A stretch of DNA of 64,000 nucleotides from a virus (lineage: Duplodnaviria > Caudoviricetes): IMG/VR virus record IMGVR_UViG_3300028582_000252, positions 1-64,000 of that record, one strand, 5' to 3'. Shown here in pieces: positions 49,001 through 58,007 of the stretch (its first letter is position 1; each line of letters starts with the position of its first letter). The position numbers and the translations under genes are program-made. The notes below the pieces were generated by a model that was not told the DNA's origin, ran no database searches, and saw nothing but the letters and a program-made list of their open reading frames with translations.

Positions 49001-49179
49001 GTCGCAGTATCTGCTATGCTTAAGTCTTTCCATCCCGGCTTCTTTCCGGTTCCTATCTTGTACTGGAGTTGCTGTCCGTCATTATATGTATCGCCTTTCT
49101 TCCACTTGAACGTGAAGACCATCCCGTTCCTTGAAACGGACAGCCCGGTTGGTCTTTTGCTTTTTTTACTTTTCGCCAT
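46081..49179 (-). CDS. Large tail protein with fibronectin-III-like repeats and a possible C-terminal Dit-like domain
   Basis: Repeated P..P...V.W..Y.VRVR...GPWS patterns; directly follows the tape measure gene. Confidence 0.65.
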   Translation of the reverse strand: MAKSKKSKRPTGLSVSRNGMVFTFKWKKGDTYNDGQQLQYKIGTGKKPGWKDLSIADTATSKAVSLSAGSYYPASGKRTLRYISFRVRGNHDKKKNDNFGWSEWSDKTFDVLIPKRPSSAVFELSEDYSNVGTFTWEVAVSDDDTHIFTDTEYQSLITESGEADGSRLSWNSSQSGWLSGTAAASGTRSVTEDTAVIAVGSHTRWMRVRSRGPQGNSDWVYAKHTYSAPQTASIISADAAVNGQGGLDITVTWTAPSDSRTPIDKTTVQWAIVTPAAGLSCPDDAGWTDADTSRDTSGTDMARFTIDQLVGEDKCLFVRVNTLHDKALIYGKAKMVAAGVIKAPSITSVEIDTATSKAVVTAANNSEIPDTILAVLFRAASDPSQIYTLGIIAHGETNVTVQCPDLSSETAYDFGIYAMQGTYETSVTAAGITVYNTSANAKSTDVWKGGTVPQAPSNVKAVQSDTAKTVSVTWDWTWDEADSAVISWSEHEDAWESTDEPSTYTISHLHAGRWNISGLDTGVTWYVRVRLTSGSGENIIYGPWSEAAKVDLSSAPETPSLILSESVITEDGNVTAYWAYTSGDGTSQAYAEICEAQINAGGITYGKVIAHTLTSQAITINAKEAGWSAGNTYYLCVRVISASGRASAGWSAAAAVTVAQPLIAVITKTSLEEQTVQDDPDDPTITHKTLALTVLPLTLTVTGAGAGGTTIAVIERRYDYHMERPDGNEGGGFAGETCAISEASGEGEITISADDLLIQLDDGASYTLIVTVKDSLGQSAAASENFEVHWAHQAEIPGGTAVPNKDSLITVIMPAAPASYAEGDVCDIYRLSADGPELIIYGGAYGISYVDPYPAFGEGCGHRIVDRTVNGDYITADDLAAWVDIDEEAGDILDIRSTVIDFDGGRVVLPYNLKLGNSWEKDFERTRYLGGSIAGDWNPGVFRNLSLQTDSIKTKDESVIRAMRQLASFSGICHVRTPDGSSFAADVEVSESREYNDPVISFSLDIKQVESESFDGMTLAQWNAVVAAEGTS

Positions 49180-49180
49180 T

Positions 49181-51793
49181 TCATCCCATCCTCATCTGCC
49201 GTTTCAGGCTCTTTGCAAACTGCGCGGCCCAGTCTTCCGGATCATTCGCCCCGTTCACCGTCATAGAAATATTGAACACCTGACCTCCGCCGCCTGCTTC
49301 TGCCACTGCATCACGGACATAACCTTTCAGGGTATCTATCGGAGCTACCGCTTCATAGCCGGCTTCTCCTCCTGCAAGGATATTGTTTCCTGATGCTCCA
49401 AATGCCGTAGGCTTTTTAAGTATCCCGCCTTCGGCGTACCACTTGATGCCAAGATGCGGGATCTTGCCCTTTAGAAGGTCTCCGAGTTTCCACCCGGAAG
49501 GTATGACGGAAAAATGCGGCATCGGTATCTTCGGAAGACTTATCCTGAAATGAAAGAACCCTTTTATGGCATCCACGATCCTCTTTATGATGTTCTTTGC
49601 GGTCTCTATTGGCCTTGTTATGGCATTCTTTATCCCGTTCCAGACGCTTACTGTCACACTTTTTATCCCCTGCCAGATTGATGTGACAACAGATTTTATC
49701 GCCCGCACCGGAGTCAGGACAGCCGTCTTTATGCCGTTCCAGACAGTCCTTGCTACGGACTTTATCGCGCCGAACACTGCAAGAGTTACCGCCTTGATGC
49801 CTTTCCATGCACCGCTCACGACAGTCTTTATTGACCTGACAACGGCAGTGATCACCGTCTTTATGCCGAGCCATACTGCCCTTACGACTGTTCTTATCAC
49901 ATTCAGTATCGTTCTTATAACAGTGAGATATGCGCTGAAATACAGGAGCACTGCTTTACCTATAGCAGAAAACACAGTTATGAAAAATGATTTTATCCCG
50001 TTCCATACTGTAGTTATTACATTCTTTATCGTGTTCATCACCGGCACTATGACATTCTTTATGGCAGTGAACACTTTCTGAGCCGCAGCCTTGATCTTGT
50101 CCCAGTTCTTATAGAGGAGAACTCCTACTACTATCGCAGCCAGGATCGCGGCTATCACGATGCCGACAGGACTTGTAAGAAATCCTATCGCCTTGCCCAT
50201 GATGCCCGCCATACCGCCTACGTTTGAAAAGACAGCAGCCATCTTAGAACCGATGGTTATCATATTGCCTATTCCGCCTGCAATGGTGCCTATGGCTGAA
50301 CCTATCTTTGCAACACCGATAAGCAATGGTCCTATAGCAGCTGCTATCATCATTGTCTTTATGATTGCCTGCTGCATACCGGGTGAAAGCGTCTGCCACC
50401 ATTTATTGAGCGCCTGAAGCTTAGAATTAAGCGTTTGAAGCATTGGCGCAATTATCTCCTGAAGCGATGTGAATATCTGCGCGCCAGTCACCTTCAGATT
50501 GTTGAGCGCGACTTTCGCCTGGTCTATCGGATCGAGTGTCCCTTTGAAAGTATCATCGACTGTCGAACCGTAATCAGACAGATTTGAAGACAGACCCTTA
50601 AGCGACAGTCTTCCGCTCTTTGCCATATCAACGAATGCATCAGCACCCCTCTTACCGAGTATGCTGACCGCATAGTTATAATCCTTTGTCGTTACCTTGC
50701 CGTCTGACAAGCTTCCTATTAGATCTTTTAGCCCCTTATTTACATCGATACCTTTGCTCTGGAACGCCGTCATGGCTTTCTTTAAAGATCCCATTGCAGT
50801 ATTGGAGTCGATGCCGGCGGCTTCAAAATTACCGAGTAGCGTAGCGGCATTCTGTGCTGAAAGTCCCATATCACGGAATGTTGCCCCATTCTGAACAAGT
50901 GAGTTCATAAGGTCAGTGACCGATACACCGGTCTTCTGCGATACGCTTGTGAACACACCGAGAAGCGAGCCTGTGTCTTTTGTTTTGAGTCCGAACGCTG
51001 ACATCACCATCTGCGCTCCGCGAACTGAATCCGTCACATCCGCATTGTTTATATCTGCGAATTTGACGAACTGCGCGGATACGCTTTCTAAGGATTTGCC
51101 CGTCAGATGGAATCTCGTATTGACTTCACCTACTGCATCACCTGCAGCCTGAAAGGTCGTGGGGATGCTCGTTGCTATGTTCTCCACGTTCTTTTTCATG
51201 GAATCGAGAGACTTGCCGGATGCTCCTGTCTTTTTAACCACCGTATCCATTGCATCGTCGACTTCGGTAAAAGCTTTGGCACTTGCAGCTCCGACTGCGA
51301 CTACCGGTGCTGTGACACCTTTTGTCATGCCTTTGCCGATGCTGCCGACCTTATCACTGACCGACTTGATTTTTGTTCCCGCGTTTTCGAATCCTGCGGC
51401 TATCTTTAATGTGTCTCCTGACACGCCTTTCAGTTTGTCGAACTCTTTCTGAAGTGCCTTTTCCTTGGATTCCGTAACGGTGATCTGTCTTTGCAGTTCA
51501 CTGTGCTTTTCAGCAGCGCCCGCAGTCCCCTTTTCCATGTCTTTTGAAACATCCTGGTCAGCCTGCCGCAACATACCAAGTTTGTCTTTTGTCGACTGTA
51601 TCTCCTCACCCAGGAGTCTCTGCTTCTGTTTTATGAGGTCAGTGTTTCCAGGATCCAGTTTCAGCGCCTTCTCCACTTCAGAAAGCTGCCGCTGAACTGT
51701 CCTGGTTTCTTTTCCTACTTCACGGAGAGCCTTATCAAGCTTAGTAGTGTCCCCATTCAGTTCGATGGTTATGCCCTTTATATTTCCCGCCAT
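49181..51793 (-). CDS. Tail tape measure protein
   Basis: IKGITIEL.GDT start, 11-residue W.GIK repeats, WYAEGG..GEAG.EAVAP end. Confidence 0.93.
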   Translation of the reverse strand: MAGNIKGITIELNGDTTKLDKALREVGKETRTVQRQLSEVEKALKLDPGNTDLIKQKQRLLGEEIQSTKDKLGMLRQADQDVSKDMEKGTAGAAEKHSELQRQITVTESKEKALQKEFDKLKGVSGDTLKIAAGFENAGTKIKSVSDKVGSIGKGMTKGVTAPVVAVGAASAKAFTEVDDAMDTVVKKTGASGKSLDSMKKNVENIATSIPTTFQAAGDAVGEVNTRFHLTGKSLESVSAQFVKFADINNADVTDSVRGAQMVMSAFGLKTKDTGSLLGVFTSVSQKTGVSVTDLMNSLVQNGATFRDMGLSAQNAATLLGNFEAAGIDSNTAMGSLKKAMTAFQSKGIDVNKGLKDLIGSLSDGKVTTKDYNYAVSILGKRGADAFVDMAKSGRLSLKGLSSNLSDYGSTVDDTFKGTLDPIDQAKVALNNLKVTGAQIFTSLQEIIAPMLQTLNSKLQALNKWWQTLSPGMQQAIIKTMMIAAAIGPLLIGVAKIGSAIGTIAGGIGNMITIGSKMAAVFSNVGGMAGIMGKAIGFLTSPVGIVIAAILAAIVVGVLLYKNWDKIKAAAQKVFTAIKNVIVPVMNTIKNVITTVWNGIKSFFITVFSAIGKAVLLYFSAYLTVIRTILNVIRTVVRAVWLGIKTVITAVVRSIKTVVSGAWKGIKAVTLAVFGAIKSVARTVWNGIKTAVLTPVRAIKSVVTSIWQGIKSVTVSVWNGIKNAITRPIETAKNIIKRIVDAIKGFFHFRISLPKIPMPHFSVIPSGWKLGDLLKGKIPHLGIKWYAEGGILKKPTAFGASGNNILAGGEAGYEAVAPIDTLKGYVRDAVAEAGGGGQVFNISMTVNGANDPEDWAAQFAKSLKRQMRMG

Positions 51794-51837
51794 GACTTGG
51801 CCCTCCTTCCCTTTTATCTATCGTGCCGGCAGCACGA

Positions 51838-52074
51838 TCAGAACTTATCGAAGTCTTCCTGTGTTGCCATTCTGTTCGTATTACCGTCCGGCATATTGAT
51901 GATGTTCCACTCGATAATGTAATCTATCCACATTCCGAGCGTCATCGTCCTCGTATCATTCATACGAAGACCCCGCATCAGGCCTGCCGTGAGGATGCTC
52001 TCGATGTTCGCTTCTTCGGCACTGCCTTCTTTGCCGCCTGAGACAGTGCCTGGAATTTTTTTGTACTTAGGCAT
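51838..52074 (-). CDS. Tail assembly chaperone, -1 frameshift extension (GT-like)
   Basis: -1 frame entered at A AAA AAA (52056-52062); ends ATQEDFDKF. Confidence 0.75.
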   Translation of the reverse strand: MPKYKKIPGTVSGGKEGSAEEANIESILTAGLMRGLRMNDTRTMTLGMWIDYIIEWNIINMPDGNTNRMATQEDFDKF

Positions 52075-52427
52075 GATTCGACTATTGCCGGCACGATGCC
52101 GGCGAGTATCTCATCAAGCGGAAAAGTATCGAATCCGTGATACCATGCAGAAGGCTCATCTATATCTTTTTCCGCGTTCGCCGCAAGCGCCCAAATAAGC
52201 TGCAGTCCTTCAGTGACATTCATCTCTGAAAGCACATCCGTTATCATATCGATATCCGCTGCAGTAAGGGTATTACCGGCATTCTCAAAGAGCGGTACCG
52301 CCGCCTTGATCGCCGGCATTATGATATCTATTGGATCACTGCCGAACTGTGTCTTATACAGGAACATCCATGACAGTGAAGTATCAAATTTGACATCTTT
52401 GCCTGCTATTTCAATATTCTTTATCAT
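51978..52427 (-). CDS. Tail assembly chaperone (G-like)
   Basis: Between the major tail and tape measure genes; Y..QFG.D motif. Confidence 0.8.
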   Translation of the reverse strand: MIKNIEIAGKDVKFDTSLSWMFLYKTQFGSDPIDIIMPAIKAAVPLFENAGNTLTAADIDMITDVLSEMNVTEGLQLIWALAANAEKDIDEPSAWYHGFDTFPLDEILAGIVPAIVESCLSTKKFQALSQAAKKAVPKKRTSRASSRQA

Positions 52428-52443
52428 CCTTTAAATGCCTCCT

Positions 52444-53058
52444 TTAAGACCCGGAAGTCGAAGTGCTTGTCTTTGAAGCGGTTGCTGTTGTCGTCACTGC
52501 TTCATACGGTGATGCGCCGTACCATGCCGAGTATGCCGTGGATGATGCATCCGCAACGCTTGCCTTCACGTAATGGTTATCGAGCCTTGGTGATGCTTTG
52601 ATGGAGATCTCCTGCTTGTTCGGTTCGATCTTGTCTTCCTTGGATGATGAACCAACATCAGGTCTCCCCGCTGTGCAGCGGTAGAACAGTATCCTCTTCT
52701 TGTTGATGTCTCCTTCAAACTCGAATGCCATCGCAAACTCAGTCCCTGTCGCTGTAGAATCTTCTATCAATACACCGTTGTTGTCTTTTATCTGATTGAG
52801 CACTTTCTGTGCAAAATCCTCCGGCATCTCCGCGATCGTAAGTGAACCGCTGTACCCGTTGTTGGCTTCAGCCGTCCAGTACAATATGTTATCCGCATAG
52901 AATGTCGCTGTATCACCTTCTGCTGAAAGTGACATTTCAATTGCTCCCGGCATGTTAATAACAGTGCCGTATGTCGGCTTTCCATCTGCTGCGACCGATG
53001 TTATCGGCCATACATGCACATTGGAAAGACCGTATGTGATCTTATTGCTGTCGGACAT
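52444..53058 (-). CDS. Major tail protein (phi13-like)
   Basis: YGLSNVH, FYADN, NNGYSG.L, FEFEGD, YRCTA.RP. Confidence 0.9.
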   Translation of the reverse strand: MSDSNKITYGLSNVHVWPITSVAADGKPTYGTVINMPGAIEMSLSAEGDTATFYADNILYWTAEANNGYSGSLTIAEMPEDFAQKVLNQIKDNNGVLIEDSTATGTEFAMAFEFEGDINKKRILFYRCTAGRPDVGSSSKEDKIEPNKQEISIKASPRLDNHYVKASVADASSTAYSAWYGASPYEAVTTTATASKTSTSTSGS

Positions 53059-53375
53059 TAAAATCCCTCCGTTCCAAATGAATAAAGCACCTCGTACAGT
53101 TTTTCCGAATCTATCCAGGTCTCAGACTTATCCCAGTAGATCCCATTCTGCATCAGTGCTTTTTCTATAATGTTTTCAGTTTCTATATCTTTTTTATCTG
53201 TATAAAGTTCCAGGTAGACCGTATCCGCTCTTGACCATACGATGTTGTCTGCACCGAAATTGGTGCTCTCAGGATGGTAGTACACGGCAAAGGGCGGTTT
53301 CGGTGACTCGCCTTCCGCAAAGTGGTCATACGCGTACGGAAGGCCTGTGTCCTTAAGTATCTCTGCTACTGTCAT
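53058..53375 (-). CDS. Tail terminator / completion protein
   Basis: PYAYDHF, ELYTDKKD, WI.SEKLYEV.Y. Confidence 0.8.
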   Translation of the reverse strand: MTVAEILKDTGLPYAYDHFAEGESPKPPFAVYYHPESTNFGADNIVWSRADTVYLELYTDKKDIETENIIEKALMQNGIYWDKSETWIDSEKLYEVLYSFGTEGF

Positions 53376-53743
53376 TTCAACCCGCTCCTTATCTTCTTTT
53401 CTATTGATGCCTTACCCTTCTTCTCTGCAGGACCAATATGTTCTTTCGCGTCTGTGCGTCCACCGTCACGATTTACATGACCGAACTCCAGAAGGTGTGC
53501 CAGGCGATATCCATCCTTGTTTGCGTGTATGATATAGGAGACACTCGTATCAGTTTCTGCTGTTTTCTTTACTCTCCAGCTCTTTGCGTATTTTCCGGTG
53601 ACACCTACCGGTGCACCTGCGGCGATGCCATCCTTTATTTCCTTTGCAGTATCCTTCACAGCATTCTTTACGACTGCAGCGCTGCCTTTTGCATAGATAT
53701 TCAGTTCATCCTCAATGGCATCCGCCAGATCTTCTATCTTCAT
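53372..53743 (-). CDS. HK97 gp10-like neck protein
   Basis: TGKYAKSW, LAHLLEFGH, HI.PAE. Confidence 0.85.
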   Translation of the reverse strand: MKIEDLADAIEDELNIYAKGSAAVVKNAVKDTAKEIKDGIAAGAPVGVTGKYAKSWRVKKTAETDTSVSYIIHANKDGYRLAHLLEFGHVNRDGGRTDAKEHIGPAEKKGKASIEKKIRSGLK

Positions 53744-54072
53744 CTCTTCACCTTTATGCACCGGAATTTGACTGCATCCTTCTTATAGCTGAAATGATCT
53801 ACTGAGAGTATGTCGTAAATTTCTCCGTCAAACATTACGCGGTATTCAGTTGACTTTATTTCAGCGGTCTTTTTGCACCATCTCACAGTTACGCATATAT
53901 CCGACTTTTCATTGGTCTCAGCCGCCTGATATGATTCACTGCCGCCCTCACCGCTGATCGTTGCAGCGCATGTGAAATATTCTGTCCATGAGTTTACGTG
54001 ATTACTTATATCGTCAATCTCGGTCAGCTGCTTCTGGAATGTTACTCTTGTATTGAGAAGTGCGATATTCAT
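53740..54072 (-). CDS. Head closure / head-tail adaptor
   Basis: LN.RVTFQ, VRW, RVMF.GEIYDI.SVD. Confidence 0.85.
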   Translation of the reverse strand: MNIALLNTRVTFQKQLTEIDDISNHVNSWTEYFTCAATISGEGGSESYQAAETNEKSDICVTVRWCKKTAEIKSTEYRVMFDGEIYDILSVDHFSYKKDAVKFRCIKVKR

Positions 54073-54353
54073 TAAAATCCCGCCTCCCTGCTGCCTGACA
54101 ACAGGCTTCTGAGCATCAGCGTTAATTCGTGGAAATCAGCCTCTTCTCTATGCTCATAAAAATATGCAGCCGTATACATGACCGCAGTCCTTGCATTGAC
54201 CATTTCCTCGAATTTTGCACTGTCGTCCGTTCTAACGATATCCATGCATACGCGCTCCGCTGATTCAAGGATGTGTCCTATGAGTTCGTCATCATCAGTG
54301 TGGTCCACTCTCAGATAATTCTTCATTTCATCAAGCGTGACGAACATACGCAT
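54072..54353 (-). CDS. Head-tail connector (gp6-like)
   Basis: VTLDEMKNYLRVD..DDDELI, YEHRE. Confidence 0.88.
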   Translation of the reverse strand: MRMFVTLDEMKNYLRVDHTDDDELIGHILESAERVCMDIVRTDDSAKFEEMVNARTAVMYTAAYFYEHREEADFHELTLMLRSLLSGSREAGF

Positions 54354-54401
54354 CACCTCCAAAAAATATGGCAGCGCCGTTATGACGCTGCCCATTTAGC
54401 A

Positions 54402-55595
54402 TCACGCTTTCATCTTCAGGATCTGCACTGCTTCCGGCAGGATAAGTTTTCCGTCTACACGCTCTTTTGCGATATAGCCTGTCATATCATTGCCTGCGAA
54501 GAGTTCTTTGAGTTCCTGGAATGAACGAGTGCCTCTGTCACCGATGTTGTAATAAGAGAAGTCACCGAACGCAACAGCCGGTTTTCCTGCTTCTGCAAGC
54601 GGTGCGTATGCCGATGTGTAGACTTCATATCCGAAGAGTCTGTCCGGTTCGCCTGCCTGGGCTGACGGCTGCCACATGTATGCGCCGTTATTGTCCTTAA
54701 GTTTCCTTATGGATGAAATAGTCTGGTCATTCAAGATGAACTTCGCATTCTGTCTGTACGGACGCTTCAGCGTATATACAAGGCTTATGATGTCATCGGC
54801 TGAAATATTCGCGCCGCTTGTTACTGCTGTAGCCTGACCGCCGCCTGTTTCCGCGAACAGGCCCAGAGGCTTGCCCTTGCCATCTCCATTTAAAAATGCG
54901 TCCTCCTCAGTATTAGCCAGAGCCTTGCCGAACTGGTCAAGGATATAGCTTTCGAGGTTGAACGCATTGTCATAAAGAAGTTCATTCGTTATCTTGATCG
55001 CCACATGGAGTTTATGTGCATCCATGATGATCTGTGAGAAGGTCGCATCACCGAATGTGAGTGCACCGCCTTCCTCTACCCACAGCGCCGCCGGTTTCGT
55101 GGCTGCGATGTTTATCTTATGCTCACCGCTTGTGGTGATGATCGTACCGAGCTGCCTCATGATGTTCTGCTCACTTAGTACATCGATGAGCCTGGAATCA
55201 TATTCGTCCGGGACGAGATATCCTCCGTCCGTATCGACTCCCTCCTGCAGCACATCGCTGACATGCTTGAAGTTTGAACGCAGAGCCATGAGCATGCCCT
55301 TTCTGTATTCATCAGACGCACGACCTGTTTTTTCAGGCTTATCGTCATTTTCTTTGAGCGGCTTACTGATTATTGGTTTGCTGACCGGCTTCTTCAGTTC
55401 ATCTTCCATAGCCTCCATACTGCGGAGCCTTTCGATCTCTGCGCCGTAATCCTTTACTTTTTTCTCCATGCCCGCATAGGTATTGGCATCCTCTTCTGAA
55501 AGAAGTCCGTCTTTGTCACGCTTGCTTTCAACGAATGCCTTTGCGCCTTCCCAGGCCTCGTTCCTTTTTTCCATCATTTCTAGAATAGTATTCAT
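54402..55595 (-). CDS. HK97-fold major capsid protein
   Basis: DGGYLVP, WVEEG, ELL.D, GDG.GKPLG, KLKD.NG.Y.WQ, FGDFSYY. Confidence 0.95.
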   Translation of the reverse strand: MNTILEMMEKRNEAWEGAKAFVESKRDKDGLLSEEDANTYAGMEKKVKDYGAEIERLRSMEAMEDELKKPVSKPIISKPLKENDDKPEKTGRASDEYRKGMLMALRSNFKHVSDVLQEGVDTDGGYLVPDEYDSRLIDVLSEQNIMRQLGTIITTSGEHKINIAATKPAALWVEEGGALTFGDATFSQIIMDAHKLHVAIKITNELLYDNAFNLESYILDQFGKALANTEEDAFLNGDGKGKPLGLFAETGGGQATAVTSGANISADDIISLVYTLKRPYRQNAKFILNDQTISSIRKLKDNNGAYMWQPSAQAGEPDRLFGYEVYTSAYAPLAEAGKPAVAFGDFSYYNIGDRGTRSFQELKELFAGNDMTGYIAKERVDGKLILPEAVQILKMKA

Positions 55596-55601
55596 ATCCT
55601 G

Positions 55602-56357
55602 TTACCTCCAGTTCTTTAAAAGATCGAGCCGTGCGATAAGCGTATCGGCTTTCACTTTGTCTTCAGTTACTTGTTTACCTTCGATGCGGCATTTTGCCGC
55701 TATCTTATCCATCAGTGAGTTGGTCACCCTTGCAGGCGAATACAGCGTATCCGTCATTGCAGGCTCATCGTTTAGATCTGCCGTGTCTCTTTTTAAGATC
55801 TCGTCGGCAAATCCAAGTTCCACGGCCTTCCTTGCATCCATCCATGTTTCTTCGTCCATTAGCCTTGCAAGCTTAGCCCGGCTCATGCCTGACTTGATCT
55901 CATAGGCATTTATGATGGATTCCTTTACTTCCGATAGCATGGATATTGCTTTCTGCATCTCTCCGGTGTCACCGAATGCTATCGTTGCCGGGTTATGGAT
56001 CATCATCATGGATACAGGTGATACAAGGACTTTCGTTCCCGCCATTGCGATCACGGATGCGGCCGATGCCGCGATACCGTCTATCTTTACCGTGACGTCT
56101 CCTTTATAGTCCATCAGCATGTTGTAGATCTGTGCCGCTGCTACGCAGTCACCACCAGGTGAGTTGATCCATACAGTTATGTCACCCTCTCCGCTTACAA
56201 GTTCATCTTTGAAAAGTGCAGGTGTCACATCATCATCGAACCAGCTTTCCTCGGCTATCGTGCCATTTAAAAACAGCGTCCTTTCGGTAACGCTGCCTTC
56301 ACCCTCCTGATCGGATATTATTCTGTTCTTCCACTTCCAGAACTTATTTGTTCCCAT
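55602..56357 (-). CDS. ClpP-type head maturation protease
   Basis: WINSPGGD, DGIAASAASVIAMAG, MIHNP, ETWM.A..AVELGFAD. Confidence 0.93.
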   Translation of the reverse strand: MGTNKFWKWKNRIISDQEGEGSVTERTLFLNGTIAEESWFDDDVTPALFKDELVSGEGDITVWINSPGGDCVAAAQIYNMLMDYKGDVTVKIDGIAASAASVIAMAGTKVLVSPVSMMMIHNPATIAFGDTGEMQKAISMLSEVKESIINAYEIKSGMSRAKLARLMDEETWMDARKAVELGFADEILKRDTADLNDEPAMTDTLYSPARVTNSLMDKIAAKCRIEGKQVTEDKVKADTLIARLDLLKNWR

Positions 56358-57609
56358 CAGTGTTCTCCTCCTTTCCCGCAGTCCCCGCAAACAATCCTGC
56401 ATCTTCAAGTTTCGTCATATTTCCGTTTATGAGGTAAAGGTCACCGCCTTCTTCCTCTGGGATACGGTCAAGGTTTTCAAGTTCGCGGATGTCGTTTGCG
56501 GACATCCATCCGTTTTGCCGTCCTACCGCATATCCGTTCATGCGGCTCTGATAATCTCCTCTGAGCAGCCCGTCCAGATTGAACTTTACAAAGTATTTCT
56601 TTTTCTCATCCGGTGTAAAGAGCGACCTCGTTATTGCCTGCTCCCACCTTGACACCCACGGATCGAGCGTGTATTTGACGAACTCCAGTGACTGCTGCTC
56701 GATATTTGAGAACGTGCTTCTTTCAAGGTCACCGACCATATGGGGCGGCACTCTGAATATCCTTGCTATCTCATCTATCTGGAATTTCCTTGTTTCAAGG
56801 AACTGCGCCTGTTCCGGTGATATCGATATAGGAGTGTATTTCATTCCTTCTTCAAGCACCGCCACCTTATGCGCATTGGAACTTCCGCCAAATGTCTGCT
56901 GCCAGCTTTCTCTTATCTTTGCCGGGTCCTTAAGTGTCCCCGGATGTTCAAGCACACCGCTTGGCGCTGCACCGTTCGCAAAGAACTTAGAGCCATATTC
57001 TTCCGTTGCAATGGCAAGACCTATCGCGTTCTTGGCCATCGCTATAGGAGAATATCCGACAAGTCCGTCAAAACCCAGTCCCGGTATATGCAGCACATCG
57101 GATGGTGACAGTCTCACCGTGCTGCCCTTCATTGTTGGAGCATCATCATTAGTCAGCGTATATTCGTAATACAGCTGACCTTTATCATCTCTGTCAACAC
57201 TCATGCGGTTAGGCATCAGCGGATACAGTCCTATGATCTCCCCCTTGCCGTTCCTTATGATCTGAGCGTATGCATTGCCCCAAAGGAGCAGATGCGTCAT
57301 GAGCGTTTCTCTGAATATAAATGATGTCATTTCAGGATTCGGCTCATCATGCAGCAGGAAATACAGCGGCTGATCCGTTGCCTTTTCTTTTCCTCCGTCT
57401 TCACGATAGCTGTAGACATGGATCGGCAGGCTTGCGATCGACTCCGATAGTATACGGACGCATGAATAGACCGCCGTCATCTGCATCGCAGATCTTTCGG
57501 TCACTCTTTTACCACTCGTGCTGTTCCCCAGGAAAAAGCTGAATGCGTTTCCCGCTGTACGGTTCTCAGGCTTGTCCCTTGATCTGAATAAACCGCTAAA
57601 AATGCTCAT
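56344..57609 (-). CDS. HK97-family portal protein
   Basis: AVYSCV, PNP.MT, LLWGNAY, VLEEGMKY, AQFLE.R, IARIFRVP. Confidence 0.95.
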   Translation of the reverse strand: MSIFSGLFRSRDKPENRTAGNAFSFFLGNSTSGKRVTERSAMQMTAVYSCVRILSESIASLPIHVYSYREDGGKEKATDQPLYFLLHDEPNPEMTSFIFRETLMTHLLLWGNAYAQIIRNGKGEIIGLYPLMPNRMSVDRDDKGQLYYEYTLTNDDAPTMKGSTVRLSPSDVLHIPGLGFDGLVGYSPIAMAKNAIGLAIATEEYGSKFFANGAAPSGVLEHPGTLKDPAKIRESWQQTFGGSSNAHKVAVLEEGMKYTPISISPEQAQFLETRKFQIDEIARIFRVPPHMVGDLERSTFSNIEQQSLEFVKYTLDPWVSRWEQAITRSLFTPDEKKKYFVKFNLDGLLRGDYQSRMNGYAVGRQNGWMSANDIRELENLDRIPEEEGGDLYLINGNMTKLEDAGLFAGTAGKEENTDGNK

Positions 57610-57696
57610 AGGCACCTCCTTTGTCCCAAAAATGGACATAATAAAAGCACCTGCCGTTTTTCGGTAGATGCTCTGAAAAGATATTCCCTTATTTAC

Positions 57697-57906
57697 TTAT
57701 GAAAGTATGTGTTCGTTTTCTTCCTTATTTCCAATGCAGATGTCCATTGCTGCAGACATCGCACGGTAAAGGTCCGATTTATCGCCGCCGAGATCATTGA
57801 TGGCATTTTGCAGATCTTCTTTGTTCCATCCAGTCGCGGCATTCTCTTTCCTGTACTTTTCCATCGCGCATGCAACGATGTTCTCGATTTCTTTATATGT
57901 AAGCAT
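57697..57906 (-). CDS. Moron-like small gene between terL and portal
   Basis: Own extended -10-like TGGTATATT upstream and a hairpin with T-run at ~57641-57673. Confidence 0.55.
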   Translation of the reverse strand: MLTYKEIENIVACAMEKYRKENAATGWNKEDLQNAINDLGGDKSDLYRAMSAAMDICIGNKEENEHILS

Positions 57907-58007
57907 ATGGCATTCCCTTACCTTTCAAATTCGGTACGGATAATATACCACAGCTTTTACAGCGTTCCAATAGTCTGACGATTATTCGGAATTATTAATG
58001 TTTCCCC

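Noticed and set aside
49560-50110. 33-bp periodicity in the tape measure gene
   Set aside because: Explained by the ordinary 11-residue W/F-x-x-IK repeats of tape measure proteins.
44269-57169. Long plus-strand ORFs opposite phage genes (e.g. 44269-45006, 56579-57169; also 15236-15985, 36649-37320)
   Set aside because: Antisense shadows of well-supported minus-strand genes, with no recognisable motifs.
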